Positions 9,453-22,069 of a stretch of DNA of 43,630 bases are shown piece after piece. Location: the NCBI GenBank assembly GCA_947483975.1, contig CANKOL010000003.1, positions 1 through 43,630 of the forward strand, given 5' to 3'. Both the position numbers and the translations under genes were made by a program. Source of the DNA: Sandaracinaceae bacterium (GTDB lineage Bacteria; Myxococcota_A; Polyangia; Polyangiales; JADJQN01). Under the pieces are notes generated by a model. It had not been told where the DNA came from and did no database searches. It saw only the letters and a list, made by a program, of their open reading frames with translations. Positions within the stretch are counted from its first letter, which is position 1. Every line of letters begins with the position of its first letter.

Positions 9453-9536
9453 GCGGACGTGGCGGAATTGGCATACGCGCCAGACTAAGGATCTGGTGGG
9501 GTAACTCCCGTGAAGGTTCAAGTCCTTTCGTCCGCA
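9453..9536 (+). tRNA. tRNA-Leu, anticodon AAG (9487-9489)
   Basis: Acceptor GCGGACG/CGTCCGC plus discriminator A; D arm GCGGAATTGGCATACGC; anticodon stem CCAGA/TCTGG with 7-nt loop CTAAGGA; long variable arm; T arm GAAGG-TTCAAGT-CCTTT; CCA not encoded. Confidence 0.95.
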
Positions 9537-9555
9537 CTCTTGTTGCTCGGAAATC

Positions 9556-9585
9556 GCGCGTACCTCACGGTGCGCGCTTTTTTTT
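9556..9585 (+). terminator. Intrinsic (rho-independent) terminator after the tRNA
   Basis: Hairpin GCGCGTACC-TCAC-GGTGCGCGC followed by T8. Confidence 0.9.
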
Positions 9586-9706
9586 CGCCTCGCGGCGGGC
9601 TCCGGCGCGCCGCTGCTCGCCTCGCCGGCGAACGCAGTTCTTGACCGCGGCGGCGCGACGTGCGGGAATCGTCGGGCTTCGCGCCATTTCGGCCCGGGAG
9701 GCATGC

Positions 9707-10066
9707 ATGTTCCGAGAAGCGCTACGGCAGGTCGTGGACGGCACCGAGGGCGGCATCGCCGCCGTGCTCATGGGCTACGACGGGATCCCGCTCGAGCAGT
9801 ACATCGCGGCCGACGCGGAGCTGAACGTCGAGACGGTCGGCATGGAGTTCAGCGTCGTGCTCTCGCAGATCCGCAAGGCGGCGGAGATGCTCGAGGCGGG
9901 CACCGCGCGCGAGGTCACGATCCAAGCCGAGCTGATGACCACCGTGATCCGGCTGCTCAACGACGAGTACTTCGTCGCCGTCGCGCTCAAGCCCTCAGGC
10001 AACTCCGGCAAGGCGCGCTTTCTGCTGCGCACGGGCGCCGGCGCGCTCATCGAAGCGCTGAGCTGA
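9707..10066 (+). CDS. mglC: Roadblock/LC7 domain protein, probable MglC (MglB paralog)
   Basis: 119 aa with LMGYDGI and [11 protein letters not shown] motifs. Its position upstream of accB-accC-TPR matches the Myxococcus mglC locus as I recall it. Confidence 0.75.
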   Translation: MFREALRQVVDGTEGGIAAVLMGYDGIPLEQYIAADAELNVETVGMEFSVVLSQIRKAAEMLEAGTAREVTIQAELMTTVIRLLNDEYFVAVALKPSGNSGKARFLLRTGAGALIEALS

Positions 10067-10089
10067 CGCGCGGCCCCGCGCAGTCACCC

Positions 10090-10599
10090 ATGCGCGTCCT
10101 CGTCCTGCACGGGCCCAACCTCAACCTGCTCGGCACCCGCGAGCCGGGCGTCTACGGCACGGCCACGCTCGGCGCGATCGACCGCATGCTCGCGGCCCTC
10201 GCGCGCGAGCTCGGCGTCACGCTCGAGGCGCGGCAGTCGAACCTCGAGGGCGAGCTCGTCACGCTGATCCAGCAGGCGCGCGGGCACGCCGACGGCCTCG
10301 TGCTCAACCCCGCGGCGTACACGCACACCTCCGTCGCGATCCGTGACGCGCTCTCTGCCGTCGCGTTGCCGACGGTGGAGGTGCACCTCTCGAACCTGCA
10401 CGCGCGCGAGGACTTCCGGCAGCGCTCGCTGACGGCGGGCGTTTGCCTCGGCGTCATCGCCGGCTTCGGGGCCGAGAGCTACGCCCTCGGGCTCCGGGCG
10501 CTCGTCGCGCACCTGCGCGGCGCAGGGCCGAAATCTGCGCCGCCGCGCACGAAGGCGACGGGGAGCCCCCGCGCGCGTCGCCCGCGTCGTCCGTCCTGA
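10090..10599 (+). CDS. aroQ: Type II 3-dehydroquinate dehydratase
   Basis: [47 protein letters not shown]. Confidence 0.97.
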   Translation: MRVLVLHGPNLNLLGTREPGVYGTATLGAIDRMLAALARELGVTLEARQSNLEGELVTLIQQARGHADGLVLNPAAYTHTSVAIRDALSAVALPTVEVHLSNLHAREDFRQRSLTAGVCLGVIAGFGAESYALGLRALVAHLRGAGPKSAPPRTKATGSPRARRPRRPS

Positions 10600-10753
10600 G
10601 TCGCTCGTAACGCGTTGCGGCGAGACATCTTCGCAGAGAGCCGCTATAAAGCGCCCCCGGGCCGCCTAGGCCACCCCGGACCGTAGGCTGTCAGCCCCGC
10701 TGCCCGTCAGCTCGACTGGCCGTCAGCCCCCAAGCAAGGAGCCCGCTTCTTCG

Positions 10754-11218
<465 letters not shown>

Positions 11219-11231
11219 GCCGGACGCCCAC

Positions 11232-12578
11232 GTGTTCAAGAAGATCCTGATCGCGAACCGCGGCGAGATCGCGCTGCGCATCATCCGCGCCTGTCGCGAG
11301 CTCGGCGTCGCCACCGTCGCCGTGCACAGCGACGTCGACGCGCAGGCGCTCCACGTCCGCTTCGCCGACGAGGCCGTGTGCATCGGCCCGGCGCCCGCGC
11401 GGCAGAGCTACCTGCACGTCCCCGCCATCATCGCCGCGGCCGAGATCACCGGCGCAGACGCCGTGCATCCCGGCTATGGCTTTCTCTCCGAGAATGCCGA
11501 ATTCGCCTCGATCTGCGGGATGTGCGGGCTCGACTTCATCGGGCCGACCCCCGCGGATATGCGGCGCTGGGGCGACAAGGTCTCCGCGCGCGAAGCCGCG
11601 AGGGAGTACGGCCTGCCGCTCTTGCCAGGCACCGACGTCCTCCGCGACGCCGACCACGCGGCGTCTGAGGCGGCGCGCATCGGCTTCCCCGTGATGCTCA
11701 AGGCCGCGGGCGGCGGCGGCGGGCGCGGGATGAAGATCATCCGTACTGCCGACGAGATGCGCCGCCTGTTCCCGCAGGCGCAGCAAGAGGCGATCGTCGG
11801 CTTCAAGAACGGGAACCTCTACTGCGAGCGCTTCGTCGAAGAGCCGCGGCACATCGAGTTCCAGGTGCTCTGCGACGGCAAGGGCGAGGCGTACGTGCTC
11901 GGCGAGCGCGAGTGCTCGATCCAGCGTCGCCACCAGAAGCTCCTCGAGGAGGCGCCGAGCGTCGCCGTCTCCCCGGAGCTGCGCGTGCACATGGCGCAGG
12001 TCATCAGCAACGCGATGAAGAAGAGCGGCTATCGCTCGCTCGGTACGCTCGAGTTCCTCATGGCTGAGGACGGCTCGCTCTCCTTCATGGAGATGAACAC
12101 GCGCGTGCAGGTCGAGCACCCGGTGACCGAGATGGTGACGGGTATCGACCTCGTCACCGAGCAGATCCGGATCGCCGCCGGCGAGGCGCCGAGCTTCGGA
12201 GACATGCTCGCGTCGGACAGCACCATCATGCCCCGCGGGCACTCGATCGAGTGCCGTATCAACGCCGAAGACCCGGTCACCTTCGCGCCATGGCCTGGGC
12301 TGATCACCGAGTATCACCCGCCCGGCGGCGCGGGCGTGCGGGTCGACAGCGGCGTCTACGGCGGCTTCCGCGTGCCGAGCCACTACGACTCGCTGATCGC
12401 CAAGGTCATCACGCAGGGGCGCACGCGTGCGGAGGCGATTGCTCGCATGCGCCGGGCCCTCTCCGAGATGATCGTCACCGGCATCCGGACCAACATCACG
12501 CTCCACCAGCGGATCCTCGCGCATCCGGACTTCGTGTCGGGCAAGCTGTCGACGCGGTTCCTCGAGCGGATGGGGTGA
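11232..12578 (+). CDS. accC: Acetyl-CoA carboxylase biotin carboxylase subunit
   Basis: [67 protein letters not shown]. Start at GTG 11232. Confidence 0.97.
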   Translation: MFKKILIANRGEIALRIIRACRELGVATVAVHSDVDAQALHVRFADEAVCIGPAPARQSYLHVPAIIAAAEITGADAVHPGYGFLSENAEFASICGMCGLDFIGPTPADMRRWGDKVSAREAAREYGLPLLPGTDVLRDADHAASEAARIGFPVMLKAAGGGGGRGMKIIRTADEMRRLFPQAQQEAIVGFKNGNLYCERFVEEPRHIEFQVLCDGKGEAYVLGERECSIQRRHQKLLEEAPSVAVSPELRVHMAQVISNAMKKSGYRSLGTLEFLMAEDGSLSFMEMNTRVQVEHPVTEMVTGIDLVTEQIRIAAGEAPSFGDMLASDSTIMPRGHSIECRINAEDPVTFAPWPGLITEYHPPGGAGVRVDSGVYGGFRVPSHYDSLIAKVITQGRTRAEAIARMRRALSEMIVTGIRTNITLHQRILAHPDFVSGKLSTRFLERMG

Positions 12579-12669
12579 GCGCTGTTGACCCAGATGGTGT
12601 CGTCAACCTATGCTGGTTCGTCCGGCGTTGGACGCCCATCTGTCTCCCCTTCGCCCGCCGGATGCCCGC

Positions 12670-15636
<2,967 letters not shown>

Positions 15637-15655
15637 ACCCCGCGTCGCCCCGGCG

Positions 15656-15674
15656 GGCGCTCTCGACGAGCGCC
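15656..15674. terminator. Hairpin between convergent genes (possible terminator)
   Basis: GGCGCTC-TCGAC-GAGCGCC inverted repeat; no clear U-tract. Confidence 0.3.
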
Positions 15675-15697
15675 AGCGCGGAGCCCGATGCAGGGAT

Positions 15698-17776
15698 TTA
15701 CGGGGCGGGGAGGAAGCGCCCGTGGCAGAACGCGCAGGTCTGGGTGACCGTCGCGGGCTGCGTGGCAGCCGCCGCGCGGCGAGACGGCTTGTAGCGATGC
15801 GTGGCGAGGTCGCCCATCCAGTACTGCGTGGGCACAGGGCTGCTGTCGAACAGCCCCGCTTGCGCCGCTCCGCCGAACGCGGTCGGCGGCATATGGCAGG
15901 TCGTGCACACGAGCTCGGCGTCCTCGACCGCGTTGTGCGCAGTCGGGGTCGCCGGCGTCAGCGACACGACGTGCGTGCGAACGGTGCGGAATTCGTCACC
16001 GCCGTGGCAGCCCGTGCAGAGCACGTTCGGCGTGTCCGTCGGCGCGCGCAGGTCATGCGGCACCGTGGGCACACCGTGGACATCGTGGCAGTTGGTGCAC
16101 GCCGTCAGGAGGCGGCCATTGCGCGCCATCGCGCTGCTCGCGTGCATCGGGTACTCGAGCTGCGCGTGCCGCGGGTCGCCCGAGGGATACGTGTCGGAGG
16201 CCGTGAGCATCGGGCTCGTGGTGAAGTCGGCGAGAAGCTCCGCGCGCCGAATACCGGGGCGCGGTCGCTGCCCTGCAGCGTCGAGCGCCGGACCCGCCGC
16301 CGCGCGCGTGTGGCAGGTTCCACAGATGACGTCTTCGCGCTCGGCCGTCAGGAGCTGCGGAGAGATGATGGCGATACCGCGGCCTCGCGCGTCGACGTGG
16401 TTCGAGCCCGGGCCATGACAGCCTTCGCAGCCCACGTTGATGTCTTCCAGGCGGCCGTCGGAGTCGTAGTCGGCTGCGCCGTTGAGCGTCGGCAGAGCCG
16501 AAGCGCGGAAGCCGTTCGTCGAATCCCCCGCAAGCCGGAAGCCCGTGAAGTGGCAGCCCGCACACGCGCGGTCGAAGGATGCCAACGACCCCGGGACGCG
16601 CAGGGCGCCTGCGGTGAAGTCGTACCAGCCGGCCGAGCCGACGTCCGCCCACGGCAAGCCGCGCGTGTCGCTGGCAGTCGCGACTCCGTTGTGCTGGAAC
16701 TGGAACGGCAGCACGTGGTGTTCCATCCCGCCCGGGCGAGCGACCGACACGATGAAGTCCTGGCGGGCGAGCACGCCGCCGTAGGTCAGATCGATCGGGT
16801 ACGTCGCGACGCCAGCGCCTCGGACGTTGCGCAGGGTGACGACATACGCGCCCCGTTCACCGACCGGCACGAGCGCGTTGCGCGAGAGTTCCGCATCGAA
16901 GCTGATCCGCGAAGCGGGTGCCGGCGCGGTCTCCGAGACGCTGCACGGGACCTCGGCGGCGGCGTTGCAGTCGTAGAAGTGGAGGGTGACCCCGGCCTCG
17001 AAACGGGCCAGCGCGGCGTCGAAGTCGGGCCAACGGGAGGTGTCCTCGAGGTAGCCTCGGCGGCCCGGGACGTTGAGCCCCACGAAGTGCGCGGTCCCGA
17101 AGGCGCGGTGCCGACCGTGGCAGTTCGTGCACGCCCCTGAACCGACGTAGGTCGCGTCCGCGCCGGGCGCGGTGCTGACGGTGTAGTCGATGCGCTGCCC
17201 GAGGAGGGACGCCGGCGCCTGCGCGAACCGCGACTGTTCGCCGCCTGGAAGATGGCCCAAGTCCCCCGCAGCGGGCATGACGACCACGAAGACGCTCGCG
17301 TCGGGCAGGGTGACGAAGCGGTAGACACCCTCCTCGTCGATGGTCGCGGAGGCCAGCGTGGCCCCCGCCGCGTCGATGATGTCCTCGAGAGGCTCGTCGT
17401 TCGTCGCAGCAGCCGCCAGCGCGGGCGTGAGCGTTTGGTCGAGCACCGTGGCGCTCAGCGCCGCGACCTCGCTCGCCGGAACCAGCACGACGCGCCCGCC
17501 AGCGAGCACGTCGCCTGCCGTATCGATGACGCGCCCGACGAGGCCCGCAGGCTCCAGCGGGATCGTGCCCGGCGGAAGGCCGCCATCGGGCGGCGGGCCC
17601 AAGTCCGGCGGCCCGGCGTCGGGCGGCGGTGGCCCCTCATCGGGCAGCATCCCGAGATCGGGAGTCTCCCCTGCGGGGCCGGGCTTGCCCTCGGGGCCGA
17701 CCGGCCCTTCGCAGCCGATGAGCGTCATGAGAACAGCGACCGAGAGCACCGTCCATCGCACGCGCGAGTGTTTCAT
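15698..17776 (-). CDS. Octaheme c-type cytochrome lipoprotein with a non-heme N-terminal domain
   Basis: MKHSRVRW...LIGC lipobox; GPVGPEGKPGPAG and DLGP/PPP linker; 8 CxxCH motifs (CTNCH, CAGCH, CEGCH, CGTCH, CTNCH, CTGCH, CTTCH, CAFCH). Confidence 0.88.
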   Translation of the reverse strand: MKHSRVRWTVLSVAVLMTLIGCEGPVGPEGKPGPAGETPDLGMLPDEGPPPPDAGPPDLGPPPDGGLPPGTIPLEPAGLVGRVIDTAGDVLAGGRVVLVPASEVAALSATVLDQTLTPALAAAATNDEPLEDIIDAAGATLASATIDEEGVYRFVTLPDASVFVVVMPAAGDLGHLPGGEQSRFAQAPASLLGQRIDYTVSTAPGADATYVGSGACTNCHGRHRAFGTAHFVGLNVPGRRGYLEDTSRWPDFDAALARFEAGVTLHFYDCNAAAEVPCSVSETAPAPASRISFDAELSRNALVPVGERGAYVVTLRNVRGAGVATYPIDLTYGGVLARQDFIVSVARPGGMEHHVLPFQFQHNGVATASDTRGLPWADVGSAGWYDFTAGALRVPGSLASFDRACAGCHFTGFRLAGDSTNGFRASALPTLNGAADYDSDGRLEDINVGCEGCHGPGSNHVDARGRGIAIISPQLLTAEREDVICGTCHTRAAAGPALDAAGQRPRPGIRRAELLADFTTSPMLTASDTYPSGDPRHAQLEYPMHASSAMARNGRLLTACTNCHDVHGVPTVPHDLRAPTDTPNVLCTGCHGGDEFRTVRTHVVSLTPATPTAHNAVEDAELVCTTCHMPPTAFGGAAQAGLFDSSPVPTQYWMGDLATHRYKPSRRAAAATQPATVTQTCAFCHGRFLPAP

Positions 17777-17848
17777 CAGCAGAGCCCATCTTCCGCCGCG
17801 AGCGCCTGCATACACCACCCTTGCGTTGTCATAAGGCGCTCCTCCGGG

Positions 17849-17863
17849 GCAATTCTGGAACCA
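17849..17863 (-). promoter_or_regulatory. Putative sigma54 (-24/-12) promoter upstream of the octaheme cytochrome
   Basis: Minus strand reads TGGTTCCAGAATTGC: GG-N10-GC with TTGC, in a relatively AT-rich intergenic gap. Confidence 0.4.
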
Positions 17864-17958
17864 CATACACATCCGACATCATGGTGCAAGGCCTTCGGCA
17901 GCGTGCGCGGGTCGATGGGACCGCTCCATGGGCGTCGACTCGGAGCACCCGGACAGTC

Positions 17959-19020
17959 TCAGTTCACGTGACATGCGCGACAGACGCCGTGCCGCAGTGC
18001 GTCGTCCATCGTGAGGCCAGAACCCGGAGGATGCGGGTCGCCCGCCACTCCGCCCACCCGGTGGCACGGCACACACTTCGTCTCCGCGTCCGACTCGTGG
18101 CAGGCGACGCACGAGACCAGATTGCGCCTCGCCTCGCGGGCGTGCCCCATGGGCGAGAGCGGATCGAGCCACCCCACGGGATGAGGACTCTGCGGTCCGA
18201 CGCCGCCGCCGACCCCGCTCGTTTGGTGGCAGCCGTCGCAGAAGGGGGTTCCGTGACAGCGAAGACAGGTGCCGCGCTCGAGATTGACCTCGGTGCCGTG
18301 GCGCGAGAAGAAGTCGCCACGGTGCACGAAGTCCCGGTAGGGCTGGGTAGGATTCAGCACTTCGAGCGGCATCCCCTGCGCGGACAGATGGCAATCCTCG
18401 CAGAACGTCGGGTCGTGGCACTGCGAGCAGAGCGTCTGGTCCGCTGAGGCCGCCGTGCCGTGCCGCCGAAGGAAGCCCGGCCCGTGGTTGAGCACGGTGA
18501 CCTCCTCGATGCGGTAGTCGTGCAGGTCGGTGTGGCACTTCGCGCAGTTCAGCGCGTGCATGGCGTCGTTGTGGCAACTGCCCGTGCACGTAGCCATGCT
18601 CGGCAGGCCGGGCTTGAAGCCGGCGATGCTCTCCGCGTTGGAGCCGTGGCAGCTCACGCAGCGCCCCTTGGTCAGGCTCTCATGCCCGCCATGGTTGAAC
18701 CGCACCGTGTGGTCGCGGGGCTTGTACGGTCCCGCATGGTCGGGGTCCGTGTGGCAGCGCTGGCAGCGGTCGCGGACCGGGTCGTTGTGGCAGCCGCGGC
18801 AGTCGGCTTCTGCGGGTAGGAGCGGCCGTGTCGGCGAGCCGGGATGGGCGGCGGGGCCGCCATCGCTCCGCGCCGTCGCGCCGTGGCAGCGAGGGCAGTT
18901 CATGCCGTTCGCGAGGTGCGGCCCGTGGGAGAAGCGGATCTCGTCGTGCGAGCCGCTACGGCCACCGCATCCGAGGAGAACGGTCAAGAGCACGAGCGGC
19001 AGCAGGCGTAGGCAGGTCAT
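17959..19020 (-). CDS. Heme-dense multiheme cytochrome c lipoprotein (13 predicted hemes)
   Basis: LLGC lipobox; 12 CxxCH plus 1 CxxxCH (CTGSCH) in 353 aa; many spare His residues as distal ligands. Confidence 0.9.
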   Translation of the reverse strand: MTCLRLLPLVLLTVLLGCGGRSGSHDEIRFSHGPHLANGMNCPRCHGATARSDGGPAAHPGSPTRPLLPAEADCRGCHNDPVRDRCQRCHTDPDHAGPYKPRDHTVRFNHGGHESLTKGRCVSCHGSNAESIAGFKPGLPSMATCTGSCHNDAMHALNCAKCHTDLHDYRIEEVTVLNHGPGFLRRHGTAASADQTLCSQCHDPTFCEDCHLSAQGMPLEVLNPTQPYRDFVHRGDFFSRHGTEVNLERGTCLRCHGTPFCDGCHQTSGVGGGVGPQSPHPVGWLDPLSPMGHAREARRNLVSCVACHESDAETKCVPCHRVGGVAGDPHPPGSGLTMDDALRHGVCRACHVN

Positions 19021-20498
19021 TCGGACACCTCCGCCACCCAGCGCGCCCGCAGCATCGCCCGGAGCTCCGACTCGGCGAACGGCGAGGTGCCGAGCGACAG
19101 CGTCGCACCGACGCGGAAGTCCTTGGCGACCTCGAGGTCGCAGCTTCCGCGCCCAATCGCTGAGAGTCGCCCGCCGTCATCATCCGCGGCGAACGCGCCG
19201 TCGAGTGAGACGATCGTACCCCGCCAGACATCGAGCGCTGCACCCGCGGTGAGGACCGTATAGCCGAGTACGCCGTCGTCCCGGCGGCTGGCCTGGACCC
19301 GGAAGGTCGGGCCGTTGTCGGCGCCCGGAGTCAATCGCGCGCTCAGGTCCGCGCGGTACCCGAGCGTCTGGTCACCGGTCGACTGCAGCGTATAGAAGCG
19401 CGCAGCGCCCTCGCCCCGCACAGCCAGTGTGCGGGTCGGCCGCACGGTCACGCCGGCCATCGCCTCGTCGAAAGTGCTGGTCTCGAAGGCGCTCAAGATG
19501 CTCCATGCGGCGATCCATCGAGCGGGCTCGATGTGCAGGTAATTCACGTCGACCTGAAGGTCGTGCGTGATGGAGAGCATCGCGACCGCGCGGGCCTGCA
19601 TGATGCCCGGGTCGAGCGCGTCCACCTTCACGCTCCCCTCGAGCTGAAGGATGCCGGGGTTCCAGCTCGCCGAGAAGTCCACGGTGCGTTTGCCGACGAT
19701 CCCGTGGCCCCAGAGTTCCGCGAAGCTCGCGCCTACCGCGAGCGAACCCGCGTCCTCGTAGCCGACGCGGGCGCCATACGCGACGGTCGAATCCGTGAAG
19801 CTCGGCTGTGGGCCCATCAAGCCGGTGCGAATCGGCGTCACAGGGCGTCCGACGAAGGCCTCGAAGAACAGCCCGAATCCACTGCGCACGCCCGCGCCGA
19901 CGCCGTCGACGTGCAGGCCACCCGGTGGACCATAGCCGAGGAAACGTCGTCCCACCCAGGTAGCGAGGGGCGAGTGGGAGAACTCCACGTAGCCGATCGC
20001 TATGTCGCCTGCGCCGCGGCCGCCGTCGGCGACTTGGATGAGGTCGACGCTGCCCCATCCGGACAGATGCAGCCCGAGCGCGGTCTTCTCGTCGACCGCG
20101 AGCGAGGCGTCCAGAGAGACCCGGTGGTAGAGCGGAAGCGGGTCCACGGACTGCCAGAGCTGCTGCTCGAGTCCGACCGGGTTCGTGGAGGTGTCGAGGC
20201 GGTAGCGCGGCGCCCAGCTGATGATCGTGTCGTGCCGGGTGCGCACGCGCCACTTGCTCGGTGCTCGAGCCGCCGCCTGAACGGCCGCCGCGCGGGCTGC
20301 GGTGGCGCGGGCGTCTCTCTCGGCGTCCGGGTCGGCGCGGCCAGTCGCCGTGCCCGCTCCGGTCGGAGCGGCGTCGGTCGCCGTTGGCGTGGACCCGTCG
20401 TCGACCGCACGGGCCGTCGCATCCTGAGCAGTGGCCGCCGCCGCGTTCGCGGCTAGTAGCATCGACGCCAGGGTGAGCGTGAGCGCGTGCCGCTTCAC
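19017..20498 (-). CDS. Putative outer-membrane beta-barrel (porin of a porin-cytochrome complex)
   Basis: Sec signal (KRHALTLTLASMLLAANAAAA), low-complexity linker, then many amphipathic beta-strand-like segments (YGARVGY, VDFSASW, FRVGATLSLG). Overlaps both flanking cytochrome genes by 4 nt; GTG start at 20498. Confidence 0.72.
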   Translation of the reverse strand: MKRHALTLTLASMLLAANAAAATAQDATARAVDDGSTPTATDAAPTGAGTATGRADPDAERDARATAARAAAVQAAARAPSKWRVRTRHDTIISWAPRYRLDTSTNPVGLEQQLWQSVDPLPLYHRVSLDASLAVDEKTALGLHLSGWGSVDLIQVADGGRGAGDIAIGYVEFSHSPLATWVGRRFLGYGPPGGLHVDGVGAGVRSGFGLFFEAFVGRPVTPIRTGLMGPQPSFTDSTVAYGARVGYEDAGSLAVGASFAELWGHGIVGKRTVDFSASWNPGILQLEGSVKVDALDPGIMQARAVAMLSITHDLQVDVNYLHIEPARWIAAWSILSAFETSTFDEAMAGVTVRPTRTLAVRGEGAARFYTLQSTGDQTLGYRADLSARLTPGADNGPTFRVQASRRDDGVLGYTVLTAGAALDVWRGTIVSLDGAFAADDDGGRLSAIGRGSCDLEVAKDFRVGATLSLGTSPFAESELRAMLRARWVAEVSE

Positions 20499-22069
20499 GG
20501 GGCCGTCCATAGGTTGACGGTGCCATTGATGTGAGCCGCGACGCCCACCGTCGTCAAGCTCGGGCCGGGTCCGACATACCCACCGTGGCAGCTGATCGCG
20601 CTGCAGTTGGTCGCCGTCGTGTGGGGCGGCGGGGGGGGGACCGAGTGGCACGCACCACAGCGTGCGAACGTCCCGCTCGGGTCGCCCCACATCGGCGTCT
20701 GGGCGACGCCGCCGCCGAGCCCGGCTCCGTGGCACGCGACGCCCGCGCAACTACCATCCGGGTTGCGCACGGGGGTCGCGCCGCGCGCGGAGGCAAGGCC
20801 TCCCAGGACGACCTCTGCCTGGGCCCTGGTGCGGCTGGGGTGGGTCATATCCCGCGGCATCGGGGGCATGACGTGACAGTTCGTGCACGCCACCGGCGCC
20901 GACAGGCTCGACCGCACGTGCGACACATGGGAGCCCGTCGAGGGCATCGGGTCCTCACCAGCGCCGTGGCATTCGCCGCAAGGAACACTGCCGTCCGGCA
21001 GCAGGACGCCGTCCCCCACATCGAAGCGACCGTTCATGTGCAGCGGTCCGGGGATGCGGGACATTCCATCGGCCGCCGCCTCGCGGTGACAGGTGTTGCA
21101 GGTGCCCGAGTAGTGGTTCGGGGGCGGGCTCCCGTGGCACGAGCCGCAGGTGAGCACGACGTCGGGCAGCCAGTGAGGTGGGTCCGCCAGCAGCGTTCCG
21201 CCCGCGTCCGGCACCGTGTGGCATTTGCTCGCGGTGCACGTGCCCGCTTCGCCGCCCACTCCCGGCGTGTAGGTGGCGCCTTCGCCCGCCCGGGCCGGGT
21301 CGAGGTGCACGTCGACGGTCCCATTGCCGTGCTCCGACGTTCCGAGCATGGCGACCGTGCGCCGCTCGCCGTGGCAGACCTCGCAGGTGATGCCCGCCGC
21401 GGTGTGCTTCTCGTGCGCGCCCGCCTTGTTCGCCTCATCCGGGTGGACGCAGAGGTCGCGCGGCGGGTAGGCGTGACCGGCCGAGCCGTGGCACGTCGAG
21501 CAGGCGGTGGGGCCGCCTTCTTCGCGATGGCAACTCGTGCAGTCGCTCGCCCCCGGCGCAGAGGGCGCCTCCGGATCGACGGTGCCTGTGGTGCCGCGAT
21601 GACAGCGCGCGCACGCGCCGGTCGCGTCCGGATCGAGCATCTGGCGGAAGCCATCGGCCGCGAGCGCCGTGCCGTGGAAGTCGGGGCTGCGCGGATTCAC
21701 CCAGCCTGGCGGGTGCATCTCGCCGAGCCGGGCCTGGGCACCGGTGGTGACCCACTCCGTGATGAGCGCCTTCTCCTGTGCAGTCAGCAGCGCCGAGTGG
21801 TCGGGGTGGTCGAGCACGGTGAGGATGGGCGCCGTCGTGTCGGCTGGCAGCACTGCCGAAGTGCTCCCCGTCGGGCAGGCGACTGTCGCGAGGTAGCTGT
21901 CAATTCGATAGCCCCCCTCGGCGCGTGCCTCCCCGTGGCAGTCGAGGCACGCGGCCCTGAGCACAGGCTCCACCTCGTCGTACGTCGCGACTGGCGCGGG
22001 GAGGTCCCGCACTGTGCAACCGCCGAGCAGGCCTACGAGAACGAGCGCCGCGACACGAACGCCGCTCAC
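20495..22069 (-). CDS. Multiheme cytochrome c lipoprotein with CxxxxCH/CxxCH repeat domains (13 predicted hemes)
   Basis: GTG start after a GAGGGAG RBS; LLGGC lipobox; 10 CxxCH plus 3 CxxxxCH (CTASKCH, CAGVACH, CSAISCH); H-x-N-G-x-V-D/N motifs typical of Geobacter-type C4xC/C2xCH repeats. Confidence 0.88.
   Translation of the reverse strand: MSGVRVAALVLVGLLGGCTVRDLPAPVATYDEVEPVLRAACLDCHGEARAEGGYRIDSYLATVACPTGSTSAVLPADTTAPILTVLDHPDHSALLTAQEKALITEWVTTGAQARLGEMHPPGWVNPRSPDFHGTALAADGFRQMLDPDATGACARCHRGTTGTVDPEAPSAPGASDCTSCHREEGGPTACSTCHGSAGHAYPPRDLCVHPDEANKAGAHEKHTAAGITCEVCHGERRTVAMLGTSEHGNGTVDVHLDPARAGEGATYTPGVGGEAGTCTASKCHTVPDAGGTLLADPPHWLPDVVLTCGSCHGSPPPNHYSGTCNTCHREAAADGMSRIPGPLHMNGRFDVGDGVLLPDGSVPCGECHGAGEDPMPSTGSHVSHVRSSLSAPVACTNCHVMPPMPRDMTHPSRTRAQAEVVLGGLASARGATPVRNPDGSCAGVACHGAGLGGGVAQTPMWGDPSGTFARCGACHSVPPPPPHTTATNCSAISCHGGYVGPGPSLTTVGVAAHINGTVNLWTAP

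Noticed and set aside
9480-9496. Reading the anticodon as TAA
   Set aside because: The 5-bp stem CCAGA/TCTGG fixes a 7-nt loop with U33 followed by AAG; TAA would need a shifted, non-canonical loop.
9453-9600. tRNA as an integration site for a mobile element
   Set aside because: No integrase and no duplicated tRNA 3' end seen in the window; the flanks are core genes.
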